Below are positions 1-4,509 of a stretch of DNA of 4,509 bases, one piece after another. The stretch lies in the IMG/VR virus record IMGVR_UViG_3300014846_000030, positions 1 through 4,509 of that record; one strand, 5' to 3'. The position numbers and the translations under genes were made by a program. The stretch's first letter is position 1. Every line of letters begins with the position of its first letter. The notes beneath the pieces are model-generated. The model saw nothing but the letters and a program-made list of their open reading frames with translations, did not search any database and was not told the origin of the DNA. Source of the DNA: a virus (taxonomy: Duplodnaviria; Heunggongvirae; Uroviricota; Caudoviricetes).

Positions 1-93
1 CGGGATTATTTCATCCTCAGAGAACGGTTGATGACAATGCAGAAGCAGGTGGAAGGGGCGCAGGAATATATCCGCACTCAGTGTATTAACTAG
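1..93 (+). CDS. Rz: Rz-like i-spanin, C-terminal fragment (5' end outside window)
   Basis: Frame 1 reads RDYFILRERLMTMQKQVEGAQEYIRTQCIN then TAG at 91-93. This closely matches the C-terminus of lambda Rz as I recall it (...AERDYFTLRERLITMQKQLEGTQKYINEQCR). It sits immediately upstream of cos, as in lambdoid phages. Confidence 0.85.
   Translation, partial: RDYFILRERLMTMQKQVEGAQEYIRTQCIN
2..31 (+). CDS. Rz1: Rz1-like o-spanin, C-terminal fragment embedded in Rz in the +1 frame
   Basis: Frame 2 reads GIISSSENG then TGA at 29-31, matching the lambda Rz1 C-terminus (...GIISPSERG). The nested-gene arrangement inside Rz is typical of lambdoid spanins. Only 10 codons are visible. Confidence 0.7.
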   Translation, partial: GIISSSENG

Positions 94-116
94 TATTTTT
101 GTTATCCGGAGAATGC

Positions 117-341
117 ATGAAGAAATTACTGGTAACCGTAAAGCCTTTTCAGGGAACAATTCTGTTCCGTATTTTGCAGCGTGGCCGTGTTCTTGTTGAA
201 GGTTCGTTCAGTGGTAAATGTATGCAATTACACTCCCGGACCTTTCAGGTGAATGCCACGAATGAAGAGCTAACCGTTGAGTGTACGATGAATACCGCTA
301 AATGCCGCATGGTATCCGCTGCATTACAGCGAGTGTGTTGA
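117..341 (+). CDS. hypothetical small protein (74 aa), function unknown
   Basis: ATG at 117 is preceded by GGAG at 107-110 (6-nt spacer); the ORF runs to TGA at 339-341. The ORF track starts it at a TTG at 99, but the ATG with the RBS is the more plausible start. It contains 4 Cys. I do not recognise the product, and it is not a Bor homologue as far as I can tell. Confidence 0.4.
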   Translation: MKKLLVTVKPFQGTILFRILQRGRVLVEGSFSGKCMQLHSRTFQVNATNEELTVECTMNTAKCRMVSAALQRVC

Positions 342-607
342 GCGACCTTATTATCCATGCGCGGTATTGTCGCCGTATCCCCGCATTAACAGAGACCGCA
401 GCCCGACCGGGAGACTCCTCTGCGCGAGTGTGCGGGGATAATCAAAAACGATACACACCGGGGTTTACCGCGTTAACGGAGCGCGGCGTTGTCCCCTCAT
501 AGTCGCCTGTCCGGTGCGATGGTGGAAGAAACCGAACGTTCATTTCTCGTTATTTTTCATGCTGGCCGGGCGCAGATGCGTTGCATCTGTTGCCAGCCTT
601 CTCCTGC

Positions 608-631
608 NNNNNNNNNNNNNNNNNNNNNNNN
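608..631. other. Run of 24 N (assembly gap or masked bases) coinciding with the predicted cosN nicking site
   Basis: N characters are directly visible. The sequence resuming at 632 (TTTTCGCTATTTATGAAAATTTT) is nearly identical to lambda bases 19 onward, so the gap covers the expected 12-nt cohesive end plus flanks. Confidence 0.95.
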
Positions 632-781
632 TTTTCGCTATTTATGAAAATTTTTAGGGAAAAATCAGATCCGTTCTTCTTCTTTTTAACTGATTGATTA
701 TCAATAGAATTTTAAAAATATAAAAGGATCTGACAAAGGCTGTTTTTGTTAGAAAACGCCATTTTCAGATCCTTTCTGGTT
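632..781 (+). promoter_or_regulatory. cos: cos site, cosB portion: terminase-binding R3, IHF site I1, R2 (inverted), R1
   Basis: 632-655 matches the lambda left-end sequence. R3 (TCAGATCCGTTCTTCT, 665-680) is at the same offset as lambda R3 (GCGTTTCCGTTCTTCT). R2 (AAAAGGATCTGA, 722-733) is an inverted copy of R1 (TCAGATCCTTTC, 766-777). An exact match to the IHF consensus WATCAANNNNTTR lies on the minus strand at 687-699, between R3 and R2. This is the same order as lambda cosB, placed directly upstream of Nu1. Confidence 0.8.
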
Positions 782-794
782 CCCGGGGGAGTGT

Positions 795-1343
795 ATGAAC
801 GTCAATAAGAAAAAACTGGCCGATATTTTTGGCGTTGATGTCAGGACCATCACCGCCTGGCAGAGTCAGGGGTTACCACTAGTTTCTGGTGGAGGGAAAG
901 GGACTGAATCAGTTTTTGATACAACTGCTGCCATTCAGTGGTATGCGCAGAGGGAAGCTGATATTGAAAACGAAAAACTCCGTAAAGAGATCGAGGATTT
1001 GAGGGCTGCCAGCGAATCAGACCTTCAGCCCGGCACCATTGATTACGAACGTTACCGACTGACGAAGGCACAGGCCGATGCACAGGAGCTGAAAAATGCT
1101 CGTGAGGAAGGCCTTGTCCTCGAGACGGAGTTATTTACCTACATCTTTCAGCGAGTGGCACAGAATATATCAGGGATCCTTGTCCGTGTCCCTCAGACAC
1201 TGCAGCGTAAATACCCTGATATATCACCCGTACATCTTGATGCTGTGAAAACTGAAATCGCGAAAGCATCCGATGTGGCTTCTGAAGCCGGTGAGAATGT
1301 GCGCAGGTGGATTGATGATTTCAGACGAACTGAGGGCGGCTAA
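795..1343 (+). CDS. nu1: terminase small subunit (gpNu1 family), 182 aa
   Basis: The translation [42 protein letters not shown]...[27 protein letters not shown] aligns along most of its length with lambda Nu1 (MEVNKKQLADIFGASIRTIQNWQEQGMPVLRGGGKGNEVLYD...). RBS GGGGGAG at 784-790. It lies immediately downstream of cosB. Confidence 0.93.
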   Translation: MNVNKKKLADIFGVDVRTITAWQSQGLPLVSGGGKGTESVFDTTAAIQWYAQREADIENEKLRKEIEDLRAASESDLQPGTIDYERYRLTKAQADAQELKNAREEGLVLETELFTYIFQRVAQNISGILVRVPQTLQRKYPDISPVHLDAVKTEIAKASDVASEAGENVRRWIDDFRRTEGG

Positions 1344-3243
1344 TTCTGCAGGAGCGATAGCAACCGGCCTCCTTGCGCTAAAAATTCCTGTCCCTCTGAC
1401 GACAGTTCAGTGGGCAGATCGACATTATTACCTTCCGAAAGAGTCATCTTACACCCCGGGGCGGTGGGAAACACTGCCGTTTCAGGTTGCCATCATGAAC
1501 AGCATGGGGAATGACCGGATCCGCACTGTTAATCTGATTAAATCTGCCCGTGTTGGTTATACAAAGATGTTGCTGGGAGTGGAGGCTTATTTTATTGAGC
1601 ATAAATCACGCAACAGCCTTCTTTTCCAGCCCACGGATTCTGCTGCTGAAGATTTTATGAAATCTCATGTGGAACCCACGATCAGGGATGTGCCGGTTTT
1701 ACTCGATCTTGCACCGTGGTTTGGGCGTAAACATCGTGATAATACCCTCACGCTGAAACGTTTTTCATCGGGCGTGGGCTTCTGGTGCCTGGGCGGGGCT
1801 GCCGCTAAAAACTACCGTGAAAAATCCGTGGACGTGGTCTGCTATGACGAACTTTCCTCGTTCGAACCGGATGTCGAAAAAGAGGGTTCGCCAACCCTGC
1901 TTGGGGATAAACGTATTGAGGGCTCTGTATGGCCCAAATCCATTCGCGGCTCGACGCCTAAAATCAAAGGCACCTGCCAGATCGAAAAAGCGGCCAACGA
2001 GTCGGCGCATTTCATGCGTTTTTATGTGCCCTGCCCACACTGTGGGGAGGAGCAGTATCTGAAATTTGGCGATGAATCCACGCCTTTTGGCCTTAAATGG
2101 GAGAAGGACAGCCCCGAAAGCGTTTTCTACCTCTGTGAACATCATGGCTGCGTGATCCATCAGTCTGAGCTTGACCAGAGCAACGGGCGGTGGATCTGTG
2201 AAAACACGGGGATGTGGACCCGTGACGGTCTGACGTTTTTCAGCGCCGCGGATAATGAAATTCCGCCGCCGCGCTCCATCACGTTCCATATCTGGACGGC
2301 GTACAGTCCGTTCACCACCTGGGTACAGATAGTCTATGACTGGCTGGATGCACTGAAAGATCCCAACGGCCTGAAAACCTTTGTGAACACCACGCTGGGC
2401 GAGACCTGGGAAGAGGCCGTGGGCGAAAAACTCGATCACCAGGTACTGATGGATAAGGTCGTGCATTACACGGCGGCGGTGCCAGCCCGGGTGGTTTATC
2501 TGACGGCGGGCATTGACTCGCAGCGAAACCGTTTTGAGATGTATGTCTGGGGATGGGCACCGGGAGAGGAAGCTTTTCTGGTGGATAAAATCATCATTAT
2601 GGGCCGTCCCGATGAGGAAGAGACGCTGTTACGTGTGGATGCGGCGATCAACAAAAAATACTGCCATGCAGACGGAACCGAAATGACCATTTCCCGTGTC
2701 TGCTGGGACACCGGGGGGATCGATGGTGAAATTGTCTATCAGAGGTCAAAAAAACACGGTGTTTTCCGGGTGCTGCCGGTAAAAGGCGCATCTGTCTATG
2801 GCAAGCCGGTGATCACCATGCCGAAAACCCGCAATCAGCGGGGCGTGTATCTGTGTGAAGTGGGGACGGACACCGCAAAAGAAATTCTCTATGCCCGTAT
2901 GAAAGCCGATCCCACGCCTGCGGATGAAGCCACGTCGTATGCCATCCATTTTCCTGATGATCCGGAGATTTTTTCGCAGACAGAGGCGCAGCAACTGGTC
3001 GCGGAAGAGCTTGTGGAGAAGTGGGAAAAAGGAAAGATGCGTCTGCTGTGGGATAACAAAAAGCGGCGTAACGAAGCGCTGGACTGCCTGGTGTATGCCT
3101 ATGCGGCATTACGTGTGTCCGTGCAACGCTGGCAGCTTGATCTGGCTGTACTGGCAAAATCCCGGGAAGAAGAGACGACCCGGCCAACCCTTAAAGAACT
3201 GGCAGCGAAGCTGTCCGGAGGAGTGAATGGTTACAGTCGCTGA
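1315..3243 (+). CDS. A: terminase large subunit (gpA family; ATPase/translocase plus cos endonuclease), 642 aa
   Basis: Strong colinear similarity to lambda gpA: [40 protein letters not shown] (P-loop-like, 1540-1563), [32 protein letters not shown] and [10 protein letters not shown] all have lambda counterparts. The start is placed at ATG 1315 (RBS AGGTGG at 1305-1310) because it gives an N-terminus the same length as lambda gpA; the ORF-track start at 1273 and an ATG at 1297 are alternatives. Overlaps Nu1 by 29 nt. Confidence 0.93.
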   Translation: MISDELRAANSAGAIATGLLALKIPVPLTTVQWADRHYYLPKESSYTPGRWETLPFQVAIMNSMGNDRIRTVNLIKSARVGYTKMLLGVEAYFIEHKSRNSLLFQPTDSAAEDFMKSHVEPTIRDVPVLLDLAPWFGRKHRDNTLTLKRFSSGVGFWCLGGAAAKNYREKSVDVVCYDELSSFEPDVEKEGSPTLLGDKRIEGSVWPKSIRGSTPKIKGTCQIEKAANESAHFMRFYVPCPHCGEEQYLKFGDESTPFGLKWEKDSPESVFYLCEHHGCVIHQSELDQSNGRWICENTGMWTRDGLTFFSAADNEIPPPRSITFHIWTAYSPFTTWVQIVYDWLDALKDPNGLKTFVNTTLGETWEEAVGEKLDHQVLMDKVVHYTAAVPARVVYLTAGIDSQRNRFEMYVWGWAPGEEAFLVDKIIIMGRPDEEETLLRVDAAINKKYCHADGTEMTISRVCWDTGGIDGEIVYQRSKKHGVFRVLPVKGASVYGKPVITMPKTRNQRGVYLCEVGTDTAKEILYARMKADPTPADEATSYAIHFPDDPEIFSQTEAQQLVAEELVEKWEKGKMRLLWDNKKRRNEALDCLVYAYAALRVSVQRWQLDLAVLAKSREEETTRPTLKELAAKLSGGVNGYSR

Positions 3244-3433
3244 ACTGCAGGCGCTGCGTCAGGCGCGCCTTGATTTATTAACCGGTAAACGGGTGGTGTC
3301 TGTCCAGAAAGATGGTCGCAGAATTGAATATACGGCGGCTTCTCTGGATGAGCTTAACCGGGCGATCAATGATGCGGAGTCGGTACTGGGGACAACCCGA
3401 CGTCGCCGTCGTCCGCTGGGAGTGAGGTTATGA
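3227..3433 (+). CDS. W: head-tail joining / head completion protein (gpW family), 68 aa
   Basis: The translation [43 protein letters not shown]... matches lambda gpW ([43 protein letters not shown]...) and has the same 68-aa length. RBS GGAGGAG at 3217-3223. Overlaps the end of A by 17 nt. Confidence 0.9.
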   Translation: MVTVAELQALRQARLDLLTGKRVVSVQKDGRRIEYTAASLDELNRAINDAESVLGTTRRRRRPLGVRL

Positions 3434-4434
3434 AACGAACGCCTGTCCTGATTGATGTGAACGGCGTTCCGCTTCGTGAGAGTCTCAGCTACAACGGGGG
3501 CGGCGCAGGATTTGGCGGGCAAATGGCGGAGTGGTTGCCACCGGCGCAGAGTGCCGATGCAGCCCTGCTGCCTGCGTTGCGTCTGGGGAATGCCCGGGCA
3601 GATGATCTGGTGCGCAATAACGGGATAGCGGCTAATGCGGTGGCCCTGCATAAGGATCATATTGTCGGGCATATGTTTCTGATCAGCTACCGTCCGAACT
3701 GGCGCTGGCTGGGGATGCGGGAGACTGCGGCAAAAAGTTTTGTCGATGAGGTGGAGGCGGCCTGGTCAGAATACGCAGAAGGGATGTTTGGCGAGATCGA
3801 CGTGGAAGGGAAACGCACGTTTACGGAATTTATCCGTGAAGGTGTGGGCGTTCATGCGTTTAACGGCGAAATCTTTGTGCAGCCGGTCTGGGATACGGAA
3901 ACCACGCAGTTATTCCGTACGCGTTTTAAAGCCGTGAGTCCGAAACGGGTGGACACGCCAGGACGCGGTATCGGGAACCGTTTTCTGCGGGCCGGTGTGG
4001 AGGTTGATCGATATGGCCGTGCCGTTGCGTACCATATCTGTGAGGATGATTTTCCTCGCTCCGGGAGTGGACGATGGGAACGGATCCCGCGTGAACTACC
4101 CACCGGGCGTCCGGCCATGCTGCATATTTTCGAGCCGGTGGAGGACGGGCAGACCCGTGGGGCCAATCAGTTTTACAGCGTCATGGAACGGCTGAAGATG
4201 CTCGATTCCCTGCAGGCAACACAGCTTCAGTCGGCCATAGTGAAGGCGATGTATGCAGCGACGATTGAAAGTGAACTGGATACCGAAAAGGCCTTTGAAT
4301 ATATCGCCGGTGCGCCGCAGGGGCAGAAGGATAATCCGCTTATTAATATTCTGGAGAAGTTCTCCAGCTGGTATGACACGAATCACGTGACGCTGGGCGG
4401 TGTCAAAATTCCGCACCTTTTCCCTGGTGGGTAA
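3430..4434 (+). pseudogene. B: portal protein (gpB family), N-terminal 334 codons only; truncated by IS1 insertion
   Basis: The translation matches the lambda gpB N-terminal region (GGGSGFGGQ, GNARADDLVRNNG, FEPVEDGQTRGAN, TQLQSAIVKAMYAATIESELDT, GGxKxPHLxPG). Lambda gpB is 533 aa; here the frame runs straight into the IS1 terminal repeat and stops at a TAA supplied by the IS1 end (4432-4434). Its ATG overlaps the gpW stop (ATGA). Confidence 0.9.
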
Positions 4435-4509
4435 TGACTCCAACTTATTGATAGTGTTTTATGTTCAGATAATGCCCGATGACTTTGTCATGCAGCTCCA
4501 CCGATTTTG
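4430..4509 (-). mobile_element. IS1: IS1 terminal 80 bp (IRR end, element on minus strand); remainder outside window
   Basis: GGTAATGACTCCAACTTATTGATAGTGTTTTATGTTCAGATAATGCCCGATGACTTTGTCATGCAGCTCCACCGATTTTG matches, from memory, the reverse complement of the IS1 right end including the terminal inverted repeat GGTAATGACTCCAACTTATTGAT. The junction is ambiguous by 1-2 nt because of shared G residues. Confidence 0.9.
4445..4509 (-). CDS. insB: IS1 transposase InsB, C-terminal fragment (5' end outside window)
   Basis: The minus strand reads ...HYLNIKHYQ then stop (reverse complement of 4445-4447 is TAA), which is the expected insB C-terminus inside the IS1 right end. Confidence 0.75.
   Translation of the reverse strand, partial: KSVELHDKVIGHYLNIKHYQ

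Noticed and set aside
99-116. TTG start at 99 for the small ORF, as given in the ORF track
   Set aside because: The ATG at 117 has a properly spaced GGAG RBS. The TTG at 99 would place the start inside or before the RBS, only 6 nt after the Rz stop.
302-502. A 66-aa + strand ORF overlapping the end of the small ORF and the non-coding region
   Set aside because: No RBS, overlaps the better-supported 117..341 ORF, and the product is Arg/Pro-rich and low-complexity. Likely a chance ORF in GC-rich DNA.
573-589. Hairpin CAGATGC-GTT-GCATCTG as an intrinsic terminator
   Set aside because: The stem is short (7 bp) and is not followed by a T-tract, so it is not a convincing rho-independent terminator. 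It is kept only as a possible cosQ-region or structural element in the findings.
608-631. N-run read as a biological feature such as a low-complexity repeat
   Set aside because: N denotes unknown bases, which is an assembly or masking artefact and not real sequence. Only its position relative to cosN is informative.
850-1083. Minus-strand 77-aa ORF inside Nu1
   Set aside because: Antisense to a well-supported Nu1 homologue, with no independent support.
1273-1314. ORF-track start of terminase A at 1273
   Set aside because: The ATG at 1315 has the AGGTGG RBS and gives an N-terminus the same length as lambda gpA. The upstream extension is out-of-frame Nu1 coding sequence.
1765-3187. Minus-strand ORFs inside terminase A (1765..2466, 2312..2560, 2496..2711, 2746..2994, 2813..3187) and + strand alternate-frame ORFs (1817..2062, 2924..3226)
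   Set aside because: They lie entirely within a strongly conserved, lambda-colinear coding region, in the other frame or on the opposite strand. They have no recognisable homology or RBS. Long spurious ORFs of this kind are common opposite GC-rich genes.
3259-4443. Minus-strand ORFs 3259..3672, 3852..4166 and 4096..4443, and + strand ORFs 3740..3937 and 3995..4195, overlapping gpW and the portal
   Set aside because: Same reasoning: they are embedded in the conserved gpW and gpB frames, and their products are low-complexity and Arg/Pro-rich, as expected for out-of-frame translation.
1-4509. CRISPR arrays, tRNA or rRNA genes, integrase or attachment sites, toxin-antitoxin or defence systems
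   Set aside because: I found no direct-repeat/spacer periodicity, no tRNA-like cloverleaf signatures, and no ORFs resembling integrases or defence proteins. Conserved lambdoid packaging genes and the cos site account for essentially the whole window.

Overview
This window is the cos-proximal junction of a lambda-like (cos-packaging) prophage, most likely from an E. coli/Shigella-type draft genome. Left to right on the + strand: the 3' ends of the nested spanin genes Rz and Rz1; a small unrecognised ORF (117..341); about 260 bp of non-coding DNA; the cohesive-end site, with cosN replaced by a 24-base run of N (608..631) and a lambda-like cosB (R3, IHF site, R2, R1) intact downstream; then the packaging/head-assembly operon: terminase small subunit Nu1 (795..1343), terminase large subunit A (1315..3243), gpW (3227..3433) and portal gpB (3430..4434). 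The portal gene is cut short at codon 334 by an IS1 insertion whose terminal 80 bp (4430..4509) close the window, so the prophage is probably packaging-defective. All homology calls rest on comparison with lambda and IS1 sequences recalled from memory; no search was run. I see no convincing undescribed system here: the module is well known, and the points worth a second look are the IS1 disruption, the gap sitting exactly on cosN, the divergent cosB/Nu1 pair and the unknown small ORF.
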